The notes beneath the pieces are model-generated. The model saw nothing but the letters and a program-made list of their open reading frames with translations. It did not search any database and was not told the DNA's origin. The position numbers and the translations under genes are program-made. A stretch of 64,000 nucleotides of DNA from a virus: positions 34,320-98,319 of the IMG/VR virus record IMGVR_UViG_3300010885_031189, one strand, 5' to 3'. This document shows, piece by piece, positions 19,907 through 30,458 of this stretch (the first letter of the stretch is position 1; every line of letters starts with the position of its first letter).

Positions 19907-22558
19907 TTATCCTAATCCCATATCAACTACATTTCCATCGCCTGCTGTACTAGTAATAGATGTAGTTGGTGCTGTTTCATCAATTTTCTGCAATGCTTGT
20001 CTGTTAAGGTCTGGGGCAACATCAATAACATTTGCTTTCTTATTCTCAGCCGCTTCTACTTTACCCACTTCTTTATTGGTGGTAGGTATAGTGGTAGTGG
20101 TGGCAGTTGTAGCATCAGTTGCATTCTGCATTTGTTGAGCTTCTCCTAACTTAACTGTCGCTGCGGCAGCATCAGCAGTTGTTTTCGGATCTGCTACTCG
20201 TTGTGTAGATTCAGTTGGTGGTGTATTTGAATCATATTTTGGTTGATCTAATAATCTAACTAAGTCAAGAGACTGAGTAAATTGTCCTTTATCAAACGAA
20301 TTTTCAATAGTTATGATACGATAAATTCCACTGAATACGCTAGTACTATATGTATCACCTTCTTTCAATCCATCCATCAATCCAGTGTCTTGATTTAGAT
20401 CAGACGGTGTTCTGAACTCCAATAATGCAAATATTTCTTGAGTGTCCATTGTTAAACTTGAATGCTTATCTATGGCAAGGTCTTGTCCCTGAGCTACCAT
20501 ATTACTTGGATTAAAAAATAAGTCATCTTGTTTTATAAATTCAGGATCCCCAGAAATTTTAAGTTTAACATTTATCATGTCTCCTCTACTACTTGACATC
20601 ATTGATTTGTGTAAATCATTTGCGTCAATAGTTTTCTTATCTTGGGTAGCATTAGTAGTATTGGCTGAATCTGCCTGCGCTGAAACATTTTTGTACTTAT
20701 TTACTGCGATTGATCCCTTCTTATCGGTATCAGTTGAAGTTGTATCTGCATTATTTTCAACTGTTGCTGCTGCTTGTACTTTTATAGATTCACCTTTGGC
20801 AGCATCTGCTGTCATTATAGTAAAAAACATACTATCAAAATCAATAGAAAAATCAAGTATTGATTGATTTAACCCAGTATACATGTAATAATATTCTTTT
20901 ACACATGTAGTAGGAAGAGATTTAGTAGCGTTTGGATATTTTTGATTAAAATGAGGAATTTTTGTAATATAATATGTTATTGATTTTTGATAAACTCTGC
21001 GTTTCTCATCAAACTTACCTAATTCTAGCCGTGGTACGATTTTAAAAGAAAATATAGGGTCATTTTCGGTTACTTCAGTGGGTGGAGGATCTTTAATTTG
21101 CTTTTTGAAAAAATCACTATTTTTTATTACTTGATTAATTACTTCAACAATAGATGTTCCTGCATTTATGCTGAAGGTCGATGAGTCGGGTTCTACTATT
21201 CCGGTAGGCACAACATTGAATTTTGACCTAATAGCATCAGCACCAGTTCTGTTTTTCATATTGGTACTACTTGCTGGATTTCTTTTTGGATCAACTATTA
21301 ATGAATTTGCTATATCATCATCAATTACAAAATTAAATTCATCTGCAAATTGTTGGTGATTATTTTTTACCAATTGTTTTTCATAACTATTAATTGCGGC
21401 AGTATAGCTATAAGTTTTAAACGCTGTATTGTTATTTGATTGTACGGCATCTGTTGCTCCTTTAAGGGTATCCGCAGTTCTCTTTCCAGCCTCTGCCGTA
21501 TTACTACCTAATTCACCCATTGAATTAACTATGTTATTATTTGTGTTTGCTTCTTTAACCGCAGCATTAGCAGCATTTCTACTATCTACAATTATAGCAG
21601 CCTGGCCTGCATCGCGAGTAGAACTAAAAAATTCTTGAATATTTTTAGCTTGCACTTCAAAGAATGCAGGAGTAGTACAATTACTTTCTGAATAGGCAGT
21701 ATGTGAGTATGGTACAGCATCAAATTGATATTCTGATCCTTTGAGGCTAGCTTTTATTTTACAATTTATTAATTTTATTGGTATAAATTTAGTCTGTTCA
21801 GTGATAGGGCCCAATGGTTGACCTTTATCACTATTCCCATAAAAATCTACCTGCAACATAAACGGAAGTTGATCCCAATTTTTTGCCTTTAATGTATCAG
21901 CTACTGCAAGTAATCGGTTCATTAATGTAATACCATATGGTTCAATTATGGTAAAGTGAACCTCTATTACATTTGTGCCTCGTGTTCTGGCATTAAATCC
22001 AATAAGTGTCATAAATTTTAAATTGTCAAAATAGAAATCTTCTATAAAATTTGCATCTCGTTTAAAATTTTCACCTTTTCTACCAGCACTAGCTATTAAT
22101 ACAGTTCCCTGTCCACCATCAGTTACTGGTATATATTGATAACCAGGTACAGTAACTAACTTGTTGTATATACTAGGTGGTAGAATGTGTAAGCTTACTC
22201 CATATGTGTAATTTGCATAACCATCTAATGGATTTTCTCTACCACCATATCCTGCTATTACCTTACGAGTAACGGCTTCTTGTTTACCACCCACGTCACT
22301 CTGTGCAGATTCAGATGCAGGTTTTTTTAATAAATCAGTGTTTATTCCTAATAATCCAAGATCAGCCGTACCAGTTTTAAACGCGGAATCTAATTTTGTT
22401 TTTTCCTGAAAAGTTATTTTTTCACCTGCAGTAGAAGCTAATTGTTCCGCAGCTACATTATTGGCAGCAGTGACTTTATCTGCTGCAGTAGTCAACGGAT
22501 TAGCTGCTTGCTTACGAGCGGCAGTATCTGATGCAAAAGTTGCTGGGGTAGTTGCCAT
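19907..22558 (-). CDS. Baseplate hub protein (gp27/late-control-D-like)
   Basis: 883 aa between gp53 and gp5. IIEPYGITL, VKLKISGDPEFI and SGIYRIITIENSFDKGQFTQSLDLVR hub motifs. Confidence 0.6.
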   Translation of the reverse strand: MATTPATFASDTAARKQAANPLTTAADKVTAANNVAAEQLASTAGEKITFQEKTKLDSAFKTGTADLGLLGINTDLLKKPASESAQSDVGGKQEAVTRKVIAGYGGRENPLDGYANYTYGVSLHILPPSIYNKLVTVPGYQYIPVTDGGQGTVLIASAGRKGENFKRDANFIEDFYFDNLKFMTLIGFNARTRGTNVIEVHFTIIEPYGITLMNRLLAVADTLKAKNWDQLPFMLQVDFYGNSDKGQPLGPITEQTKFIPIKLINCKIKASLKGSEYQFDAVPYSHTAYSESNCTTPAFFEVQAKNIQEFFSSTRDAGQAAIIVDSRNAANAAVKEANTNNNIVNSMGELGSNTAEAGKRTADTLKGATDAVQSNNNTAFKTYSYTAAINSYEKQLVKNNHQQFADEFNFVIDDDIANSLIVDPKRNPASSTNMKNRTGADAIRSKFNVVPTGIVEPDSSTFSINAGTSIVEVINQVIKNSDFFKKQIKDPPPTEVTENDPIFSFKIVPRLELGKFDEKRRVYQKSITYYITKIPHFNQKYPNATKSLPTTCVKEYYYMYTGLNQSILDFSIDFDSMFFTIMTADAAKGESIKVQAAATVENNADTTSTDTDKKGSIAVNKYKNVSAQADSANTTNATQDKKTIDANDLHKSMMSSSRGDMINVKLKISGDPEFIKQDDLFFNPSNMVAQGQDLAIDKHSSLTMDTQEIFALLEFRTPSDLNQDTGLMDGLKEGDTYSTSVFSGIYRIITIENSFDKGQFTQSLDLVRLLDQPKYDSNTPPTESTQRVADPKTTADAAAATVKLGEAQQMQNATDATTATTTTIPTTNKEVGKVEAAENKKANVIDVAPDLNRQALQKIDETAPTTSITSTAGDGNVVDMGLG

Positions 22559-22861
22559 TTATAATCCCAAATAAGTGGTCAATGTGTTTTTGTTAGGAAT
22601 GTATATAGTCTGTCCAGGAAAGAAATCAAATATCGGATCTTTTATTACATTTGGATTTCTAACAGCAAATACCCACCACAATGATGAACTTCCATATAAG
22701 TCATTGGCTAACATATCAGGTCTATACTTGTATACAATACCTATTGTATACTCAACATCAGATGCTAATTTAGGTATCGCTCTATATGATAGTATATCAA
22801 GAAATGGGCCAAAAGTTGGTGTTTTATAATAAGGACTAGTTTTTGAATAGGCTGCTGACAT
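22559..22861 (-). CDS. gp53: Baseplate wedge protein, gp53-like (LysM-like)
   Basis: YRPDMLANDLYGSSSLWWVFAVRN...DPIFDFFPGQTIYIP. Confidence 0.8.
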   Translation of the reverse strand: MSAAYSKTSPYYKTPTFGPFLDILSYRAIPKLASDVEYTIGIVYKYRPDMLANDLYGSSSLWWVFAVRNPNVIKDPIFDFFPGQTIYIPNKNTLTTYLGL

Positions 22862-23736
22862 TATATAAATCCTCCTTGCTTGACCAGTCTACCAGCAGCA
22901 AAATCTTCTAAATTAAACTTAGATATAACCTTTTTGCTATATACTGGTTGTAATGTTATTGATAGACTACTAGTGACAGGTAATCTGGTAAAATCAGAAT
23001 CAACTGGGATAGCAATATAATCAACATCAGGAGATAATGTATGTTGAAATTGGGTAATAACACACGGTACATGTGGGAAATAATGACTACCGTATCCATC
23101 TAAAAATACCATAGGTGGTGGATTTCCTCTATGATCACCACTACCAAAAAACATTTTAGTAGCTGCTCTAAAAAAGTATATACATGCTAGTAAATATGCC
23201 CCTTCTGTTTCATTTTGAACAGTAAAATCTCCTGCTATGTTTATAGCTTGTACTTCACTATTTTCATACGCTTGTGCAGAATAATTACTATGTGTAAATT
23301 TCTGTACACCATATGAAGCAGTATGTACTACTGTTATATTAGGGGTATATGGAAAAATTACCCCACTCGTCGATTGTAATGGAGCCATCACTCCACTTGA
23401 TGCACTATTATACAATAACCCTGATGCTACACTTATTTTAACACGCCAATCATTGGCATTATTTGATGATGTAATTTTAAGTGGGGGTGGTGAGCGAGTG
23501 CCACCACCACGAACTAACCCATTGCTAGATAATCTTTCTGCTACTAGATCGGCCTGATCTGGTATGCCGCGAGAACGCAAGGTTACAGGAGCGAACGGGT
23601 CTCCGCTGCCGTCAAGACTGGAATAATCGAGGCCCCCTCCACTTGCAAAATCTGTTGCAGATGTCCCTGCTGATTCGTCACTATCCCATGATCCATTTCC
23701 ACTTCCTACTACAGTACCATCATACGTTATTGGCAT
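22861..23736 (-). CDS. Baseplate-tail tube initiator/cap (gp48/gp54-like)
   Basis: FPYTPNI...INIAGDF...GNPPPMVFL...VPCVITQF pattern of tube-fold baseplate proteins; first gene of the operon, upstream of gp53. Confidence 0.55.
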   Translation of the reverse strand: MPITYDGTVVGSGNGSWDSDESAGTSATDFASGGGLDYSSLDGSGDPFAPVTLRSRGIPDQADLVAERLSSNGLVRGGGTRSPPPLKITSSNNANDWRVKISVASGLLYNSASSGVMAPLQSTSGVIFPYTPNITVVHTASYGVQKFTHSNYSAQAYENSEVQAINIAGDFTVQNETEGAYLLACIYFFRAATKMFFGSGDHRGNPPPMVFLDGYGSHYFPHVPCVITQFQHTLSPDVDYIAIPVDSDFTRLPVTSSLSITLQPVYSKKVISKFNLEDFAAGRLVKQGGFI

Positions 23737-23811
23737 ATTTATATTCCTAGAAACATAGTTTCCTATATTATATTTATGAAGAACGAAATATGCTTAGTTT
23801 ATAGCAAAAGG

Positions 23812-23839
23812 TTGACATTTGGTATCATTTTATGATACT
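23812..23839 (+). promoter_or_regulatory. Putative sigma70 promoter of the late-sigma gene
   Basis: TTGACA at 23812-23817, then a TATGATACT -10-like region with imperfect spacing. Confidence 0.45.
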
Positions 23840-23868
23840 ATTGTAAATACTTCATCTAGGGAGATACA

Positions 23869-24762
23869 GTGAAATCAAATTATCTAAATAATAAAGACAT
23901 ACTAAAAGAAATTCATAGAAGCAAATCTACTTACTGCTCCTTTATATCAAAAGACTTAGCCGACTATGATATTATTATCCATTCAATTAATAACATCACT
24001 CAAGAAACAGTTGATCAGGCTAGAATTAATAGGGCAGATCGGTTATCTAGGCTAGCACTTGATGCCGCAAATGCATTAGGTGAAAAAAGAAAATTAGAGG
24101 AATTTGCAATCGATCCAGATACTGTTCTATCCACTGATGTAGTAATACGATTGATGACTTGGGATCATGTCCCAATTGATGATATCAAAACTAAAAAAGC
24201 TGAGGCTGCTCAGGCTGAACTTGAAGAAAATGAACCAGTTCATACTGAATATGATGATGATGATGAAGTAGAAACAAAACTGTCTCCCTCAACTACTAGG
24301 TATGTAAAATGTAACTTCCCACCATTTCAACATTTTAAAGTTGATACCACTAATACTCCAATTTGTGTAGGCAAAAGCCATTGGACAGGTGATCTAGTCA
24401 CCGGTAGTTGGAGTCGTGATCACGGTGCTATGACAAAAACATTAGCCATAATGTTCATGAAACTATGTGAACGATATGCCACTCGTAGTAATTGGCGCGG
24501 GTATACTTATAATGATGAAATGCGTAGTCAGGCCCTATTACAATTAAGCCAAATCGGATTGCAATTTGATGAGAGTAAATCAGCGAATCCTTTTGCATAC
24601 TACACTGCTGCAGTGACCAATTCTTTCACTAGAGTGCTAAATATAGAGAAGCGTAATCAAAATTTGCGTGATGATATATTAGAAATGAACAACGTGAACC
24701 CATCTTATACGAGACAGGGTATGAGTTCAGGAATGCACTATGGTGACGGAGATCATGATTGA
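23869..24762 (+). CDS. gp55: Late-transcription sigma factor, T4 gp55-like
   Basis: NYLNNKDIL N-terminus; CERYATRSNWRGYTYNDEMRSQAL...FDESKSANPFAYYT. Upstream of gp47/46 as in T4-like phages. Confidence 0.85.
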   Translation: MKSNYLNNKDILKEIHRSKSTYCSFISKDLADYDIIIHSINNITQETVDQARINRADRLSRLALDAANALGEKRKLEEFAIDPDTVLSTDVVIRLMTWDHVPIDDIKTKKAEAAQAELEENEPVHTEYDDDDEVETKLSPSTTRYVKCNFPPFQHFKVDTTNTPICVGKSHWTGDLVTGSWSRDHGAMTKTLAIMFMKLCERYATRSNWRGYTYNDEMRSQALLQLSQIGLQFDESKSANPFAYYTAAVTNSFTRVLNIEKRNQNLRDDILEMNNVNPSYTRQGMSSGMHYGDGDHD

Positions 24763-26473
24763 CGAAATAGCTAGACTACAAAAACTAAAGCGTCTAACAA
24801 TGGACTTGTTATTCAAGTCTGTTGTTTGGAATAAGCTTTCATTATACAAAAGTGAATACATAACTGATCCTCGTCAGATATTGTATCATGCTTCTATTGA
24901 TTCATTGATTGTCCCTACTTGTTTTTGTGGGGGCTCATTAAAATGGCACCCTGACAAAAGAATGTATAGATCATTTTGTTCAACGAAATGCACTGCCATT
25001 GGAACTATAGAAAAATCTAGAGTTACTAATTTAGAAAAATATGGCAGTCACTATACACAAACCTCTGAATACAAAGATAAAGTAAAACAAACCTCTTTGA
25101 ATAAATTTGGCGTTGACCATTATAGTAAAAGTAGTGAGTTTTCTCAACGAATAAAAGAAACCAATTTAGCTACTTATGGGGTTGAACATCCATCCCAAAA
25201 TATAGAAATACAGAAAAAGATAGTAAAAAAGTTTATTGAAAACTACGGTGAAACTAATCCAATGTTAGTTCAATCTGTAAAAGATAAAATTGAAAAAACA
25301 AATATAGATCGGTATGGTTTCAAAAATGCTGCTCAAAATACACAGGTTCAACTAAAGACAGCAGATACTAATCGTAAGAAATATGGTGTAGGTAATGCCA
25401 TGCAAAATAATACAATTTCTAATAAAGCCATCTTAACTAGAAAACAGAATTACTATAGTGAAGATGTATTAGCTAAATTATCCAATCCTACTTGGCTTTC
25501 TGAACAAAATGAAACAATGAGCATTGCAACTCTAGCTACTAAGTTAGAAGTAAGTTCAAGTAATCTATGTAAATATTTTCACAAGTATGGTATTGAAATT
25601 AAACAACATAGTACTACTGAACTAGAACAAAAAATGGTAGATTATTTTGTGGGCAAAGGTATAAAGGTTGAATTGAAAAATAGAACTCTTATATCCCCTA
25701 AAGAAATTGATCTGTACTTTCCAGATTTAAAACTAGGGATAGAAATAAATGGATTTTATTGGCATTCCGAAGAATTTCAAAAAAATAAGTTCTACCATTT
25801 GAATAAGTCCATTGCTGCAGAACAAGCAAATATAGAACTATGGCATTTCTGGGATTGGGAACTTATTGATCATTGGGATATAATTATTAGTAAAATTGAA
25901 CATAAAGCCAATCTTAGTAAAAGACTATATGCTAGAAAATTAAACATTAAACTAGTTGATGCCAAAGAAAAATTATCGTTCCTACAAAGAAATCATATTC
26001 AACAGGATTGTGCCAGTTCAGTGAATATAGGACTATATGATAATGATCAATTAGTAATGATCGCTACTTTCGGAAAAAGTAGATTCGCTAAAAAAATGGA
26101 TTGGGAATTACTGCGTCTCGCAGCAGAACAAAAAACTTCAATCGTAGGTGGTGCTTCTAAATTGTTATCCGAATTCGTTAATAATCATATGCAATCAGGA
26201 GAAAAGTTAGTAAGTTATTGTCACCGGAGATTTAGTACCGGAAATGTATATAAGAAATTACAATTTGAACTGTCACATACTACCAGCCCTGGATATTGCT
26301 ACAGTAGGCGTGGGTTACCAGCCGGATCCAGGAATAAATGGCAAAAACATAAATTAGAAAAGTTGTTACCGGTGTTTGATACCACATTATCTGAATCTCA
26401 AAATATGCAAGCGAATGGTTATTGGAAAGTTTGGGATTGCGGACAATATGTTTTCACTTATACTAAGCCGTAG
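24740..26473 (+). CDS. Hef-like free-standing endonuclease (Zn-ribbon, TNxxKYG repeats, HTH, PD-(D/E)xK/Vsr-like nuclease, GNAT-like C-terminus); likely start 24755
   Basis: CFCG...FCSTKC; about six TN/S-L-x-KYG repeats; EIDLYFPDLKLGIEINGFYWHS; C-terminal VGGASKLL...SYCHRRFSTG...VWDCGQ. GGAG precedes ATG 24755. Confidence 0.75.
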   Translation: MVTEIMIDEIARLQKLKRLTMDLLFKSVVWNKLSLYKSEYITDPRQILYHASIDSLIVPTCFCGGSLKWHPDKRMYRSFCSTKCTAIGTIEKSRVTNLEKYGSHYTQTSEYKDKVKQTSLNKFGVDHYSKSSEFSQRIKETNLATYGVEHPSQNIEIQKKIVKKFIENYGETNPMLVQSVKDKIEKTNIDRYGFKNAAQNTQVQLKTADTNRKKYGVGNAMQNNTISNKAILTRKQNYYSEDVLAKLSNPTWLSEQNETMSIATLATKLEVSSSNLCKYFHKYGIEIKQHSTTELEQKMVDYFVGKGIKVELKNRTLISPKEIDLYFPDLKLGIEINGFYWHSEEFQKNKFYHLNKSIAAEQANIELWHFWDWELIDHWDIIISKIEHKANLSKRLYARKLNIKLVDAKEKLSFLQRNHIQQDCASSVNIGLYDNDQLVMIATFGKSRFAKKMDWELLRLAAEQKTSIVGGASKLLSEFVNNHMQSGEKLVSYCHRRFSTGNVYKKLQFELSHTTSPGYCYSRRGLPAGSRNKWQKHKLEKLLPVFDTTLSESQNMQANGYWKVWDCGQYVFTYTKP

Positions 26474-26477
26474 TAGT

Positions 26478-26506
26478 TTGCAATTCATATTACAATCTGA
26501 TATAAT
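26478..26506 (+). promoter_or_regulatory. Sigma70 promoter for gp47-gp46
   Basis: TTGCAA-17 nt-TATAAT with TGn extended -10. Confidence 0.7.
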
Positions 26507-26512
26507 AGCTAG

Positions 26513-27529
26513 ATGAGTAATTTATTCAAAAAATCACTAGTTATCACGGATATACATTTCGGCCTAAAGTCAAACAGTATCTTACATAATGAAGACTGTT
26601 TGGCTTTTATCCGATGGGCTACTAAATTAGCAAAAGAACAAGGATGCGAATCCTGTATCTTCATGGGGGATTACCATAATAATCGGGCTACTGTAAATGT
26701 ACAGACTCTTAGCTATTGTATGCAAGGACTTGAACATCTAAGTGAAAACTTTGACCAAGTATTCTTCATCCCTGGTAATCACGATCTGTTCTTTAGAGAT
26801 AAACGAGATATTCATAGTTCGGCTTGGGCTAAACATCTTTCAAATGTAATTATCTGTAATGATTGGTTCAAATCAGGAGATGTTACCATTGTGCCGTGGT
26901 TAGTTGGTGATGACTTCAAACAAATACCAAAAGTGGATACTAAATACACATTCGGACACTTTGAACTACCACATTTTTATATGAATGCTATGGTTCGTAT
27001 GCCTGAACATGCTGGTATTCAACGAGAAGACTTTGTTAATACGCAACATGTGTTTAGTGGGCACTTTCATAAACGCCAATCTCACCAAAATATCACTTAT
27101 ATTGGAAACTGCTTTCCACATAACTATGCGGATGCAGGAGATGATGATAGAGGATGCATGATTTTAGAATGGGGTCAACCACCAGAATTCCATGCTTGGC
27201 CTGATCAACCAGTATATCGCGTATATAACCTAAGTGATGTACTTGAGAACACAGATAAGCTATTATTAGCTGGAATGCACGCCCGTGTAAACTTGGATAT
27301 TGATATTTCATATGAAGAAGCATCTTTCATTAAGGATACCTTCATGGAAACATACAAATTGAGAGAAATTAAACTGATAGCTCACCAAAACAATTCACTA
27401 GATGGTAATATGTCACTAGGAAATATCACTTTCCAAAGTGTAGACCAGATTGTATCTGAAAACTTGACTTCAATTGCTAGTGAACATTATGACCCTAAGG
27501 TATTACTGGACATTTACCGAAATCTCTGA
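26513..27529 (+). CDS. gp47: Recombination nuclease gp47 (Mre11/SbcD family)
   Basis: Metallophosphoesterase motifs DIHFG, GDYH, GNHD, GHF, SGHFH. Confidence 0.92.
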   Translation: MSNLFKKSLVITDIHFGLKSNSILHNEDCLAFIRWATKLAKEQGCESCIFMGDYHNNRATVNVQTLSYCMQGLEHLSENFDQVFFIPGNHDLFFRDKRDIHSSAWAKHLSNVIICNDWFKSGDVTIVPWLVGDDFKQIPKVDTKYTFGHFELPHFYMNAMVRMPEHAGIQREDFVNTQHVFSGHFHKRQSHQNITYIGNCFPHNYADAGDDDRGCMILEWGQPPEFHAWPDQPVYRVYNLSDVLENTDKLLLAGMHARVNLDIDISYEEASFIKDTFMETYKLREIKLIAHQNNSLDGNMSLGNITFQSVDQIVSENLTSIASEHYDPKVLLDIYRNL

Positions 27530-29295
27530 TGCTAAAAATCAAATCAATAACTGCTAAAAATTTCCTGTCAATTGGTAATGTTACACAAAGCGTAAATTTA
27601 GATCGTACTGACTTAACCCTAATCCTCGGTGAAAACTTGGACTTGGGTGGAGATGACTCTGGTTCTAGAAACGGAGTAGGAAAAACAGCTATATTACATG
27701 CAGTAAGCTATGCTCTGTATGGCGCTGCTCTAACTAGTATCAAAAAAGACAATCTTATCAATCGTACTAACGGGAAGAATATGCTTGTTACGGTTGAATT
27801 TGAAAAAGACGGAATAGAATATCGCATTGAACGAGGACGTAAACCAAATGTCATGCGATTCTATGTGGGCAGTGTAGAACAACAAGTTACAGATGAAAGT
27901 CAAGGAGACAGTAGAGAAACGCAAACTGTAATTGAGCGTTTACTTTGTATGAGTCATACAATGTTCAAACATATTGTTGCTCTTAACACTTATACTGAAC
28001 CTTTTCTAAGTCTAAAGGCCAATGAACAACGGGAAATCATTGAACAACTACTTGGTATCACATTATTGAGTGAAAAGGCCGATCTTTTAAAAGAACGAGT
28101 TCGTAATAGCAAAGATTCTATCACTCAAGAAGAGTTCAGGATAAAAGCAACCAATGATGCGAACAAACGAATTGAGGAACAGATTACTGCACTCAAGCGC
28201 AGACAAACAATGTGGTTAACCAAGCATACTTCTGATTGTTCAGACTTAGTGGCCGCGTATGATCAATTGAATCAAATTGACATTGATGTAGAAATTGCTT
28301 CCCACAAGTCACTAGCTCTGTATAATCAAAAGAAAACAACAATCGATACCATTGTTGCTTCTTCCAAAAGGACAACAACTGATTTGGCTAAGGAAGAAAA
28401 GACCTCGGCTAAGTTGGCATTGGAAATTACTTCGTTGCAAGATCATAAGTGTTATGCTTGTGGTCAGGATATGCATGATCAAACACATGAAAGTGTGTTA
28501 GCTGCAAAAATCAAGCTACTAGATGAATCAAATTCTCAAATTGCAACCTACAAAGAACAAATTAGTGCATATGCTAGTGAAATTTTAAAATTAGGTGATA
28601 TTGGTATTGCACCGACTGTATTCTATGATTCGGAGTCTGATGCAGTTGAACATAGATCAAGCTTAGCAAGTTTACAAACTCAATTGAATACAAAAAATGC
28701 AGAGATTGATCCGTATGCTGATCAAATTTCAGAAATGATTAGAACTGCCCTTGAAGTTGTTAGTTATGATACAATTAATTCATTGACTAGTATGAAGGAT
28801 CATGAAGAGTTTTTATTGAAATTATTAACTAACAAAGATAGTTTTATTCGTAAGAAGATTATTGATCAAAACTTGTCATATTTGAATCTACGACTAGGAT
28901 ATTATCTAGAAAAGATTGGATTGCCGCATCAAGTTGAATTCCAGAATGACCTAACTGTTAATATTACTGAACTTGGACGAGACCTTGATTTTGATAATTT
29001 GTCCAGGGGAGAACGTAACCGTTTGATATTGAGTTTAAGTTGGGCATTCCGAGATGTATGGGAAAGTTTGTATCAAAGTATTAATTTGTTATTTGTTGAT
29101 GAGTTAGTAGATTCAGGGTTAGATTCAAGTGGAATGGAAAGTGCATTAGCAATTCTAAAGAAGATTAGCCGAGATAGCAAGAAAAGTGTGTGGCTAGTAA
29201 GTCACCGAGATGAATTAGTGGCCCGAGTAGAGAACATCCTTAGAGTAACCAAGTCTAATGGATTCACTACATATGGGTCAGATGTAGAGATTTAA
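27529..29295 (+). CDS. gp46: Recombination ATPase gp46 (Rad50/SbcC family)
   Basis: KNFLSIGN, Walker A RNGVGKT, coiled coil with CYAC zinc hook, signature LSRGE, Walker B LFVDE, VSH switch. Confidence 0.93.
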   Translation: MLKIKSITAKNFLSIGNVTQSVNLDRTDLTLILGENLDLGGDDSGSRNGVGKTAILHAVSYALYGAALTSIKKDNLINRTNGKNMLVTVEFEKDGIEYRIERGRKPNVMRFYVGSVEQQVTDESQGDSRETQTVIERLLCMSHTMFKHIVALNTYTEPFLSLKANEQREIIEQLLGITLLSEKADLLKERVRNSKDSITQEEFRIKATNDANKRIEEQITALKRRQTMWLTKHTSDCSDLVAAYDQLNQIDIDVEIASHKSLALYNQKKTTIDTIVASSKRTTTDLAKEEKTSAKLALEITSLQDHKCYACGQDMHDQTHESVLAAKIKLLDESNSQIATYKEQISAYASEILKLGDIGIAPTVFYDSESDAVEHRSSLASLQTQLNTKNAEIDPYADQISEMIRTALEVVSYDTINSLTSMKDHEEFLLKLLTNKDSFIRKKIIDQNLSYLNLRLGYYLEKIGLPHQVEFQNDLTVNITELGRDLDFDNLSRGERNRLILSLSWAFRDVWESLYQSINLLFVDELVDSGLDSSGMESALAILKKISRDSKKSVWLVSHRDELVARVENILRVTKSNGFTTYGSDVEI

Positions 29296-29432
29296 CTGTT
29301 TATGCGGATGAACAATAAACCTAAAATAGTAAATGAAACCGATTGATTTAGCACCAATCACCCCGCATAAGCAGTTACTTTTTTTTAGCAGTGATGTAGG
29401 AACGATAAGTACTTCACGATGAGAATTTATAA

Positions 29433-29945
29433 ATGAGTGGATCAAAGAGTAAGAACAAAGGCAATTCGTGGGAACGCACTGTTGCCAAATTTCTATCTGA
29501 TTTGTATTCCGCTCCGTTTATTAGAACTCCCCATAGTGGAGCATTCATTGGAGGCATGAACTCAATAAGAAAGCAATCATTGAGTGAAAGCCAAATCAAG
29601 AATTTCAAGGGAGACATTATACCCCCTGAAACTTGGAAAAAGTTTAACTGTGAAGCAAAGTCGTATGCTGACTTTCCGTTTCATCAGTTATATCAAACAA
29701 ATGTACCTATCCTAGAAAAATGGATTGAGCAAGTACTTGAAGTTGCTGATGAAGGCGATTTCAATGTAATTATCATGAAGTTCAACCGAAAAGGTAGTTA
29801 TGTTGCAACACAATTGACACCAAGTCTAATCACAAACTCAAACTTCTTCACATATAAATCATTAAATCATGGAGTCTGGCTCATACAAGATTTTGAATCT
29901 TTTTGGACCGCCAACTCTGCCAATATAAAAACCCTTTGCGAATAA
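29433..29945 (+). CDS. Holliday junction resolvase (Hjc-like PD-(D/E)xK)
   Basis: SKNKGNSWER...RTPHSGA...GDII...EAK. Confidence 0.75.
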   Translation: MSGSKSKNKGNSWERTVAKFLSDLYSAPFIRTPHSGAFIGGMNSIRKQSLSESQIKNFKGDIIPPETWKKFNCEAKSYADFPFHQLYQTNVPILEKWIEQVLEVADEGDFNVIIMKFNRKGSYVATQLTPSLITNSNFFTYKSLNHGVWLIQDFESFWTANSANIKTLCE

Positions 29946-29974
29946 AATAGCCACCAAGGCACGATAACATAGCA

Positions 29975-30330
29975 GTTCTGTTTGATCGGAGTACTTCGAT
30001 CCCCATTGAGGATATGTGAGATACCATATTCAGACTTGGGTACTGCACGATAGGTACCAACGTAAGGTACTAAATGATATAGGCTCTGTTAAAAACCACA
30101 TCCTATGCACATGGCAAGTTAGCTGACTATAGCTTGTTAGATGTCCCGTCATAAACGAATCTAGAGTAGGGAGTACAGGATGACCGCTTCCGCATGCTTT
30201 TGTAACAAGGCACAATCTCTTTTAGTCAGTGTGTAGAAAACACTCAGATGAAAACTGTTTTCCCTCAATTTGGCCTGCCCGGGCCGAATTGTGCTCTACA
30301 TCTAGATGAAGGGGTACTTAAAGAGCAGTC
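29975..30330 (+). ncRNA. Candidate large structured non-coding RNA (family unassigned)
   Basis: No credible ORF; at least seven stems with G-U pairs that read on the + strand; 8-nt pseudoknot pairing 30122-30129 with 30223-30230. Confidence 0.55.
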
Positions 30331-30396
30331 CTTAATAGACAGTAATTAAAATGAATATTCTTTTTACTGTCCTAGAGATTAGGGTTTTAAAGAAAA

Positions 30397-30458
30397 TTGA
30401 TGAGTGAGAGAAGAGCGAAGCGAAGCGAAACGAATCAATAGACTAACGCAGTTAGTCT
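30397..30458 (+). other. ssDNA-type hairpin cluster (tandem G.A stem with GCGAAGC, plus GCA-triloop hairpin); candidate origin or priming signal
   Basis: TTGAT-GA-GT...GCGAAGCGAAGC...AC-GA-ATCAA and AGACTAAC-GCA-GTTAGTCT. Confidence 0.45.

Noticed and set aside
30030-30215. 61-aa minus-strand ORF in the structured region
   Set aside because: No SD or promoter and atypical composition; the region is better explained as structured RNA.
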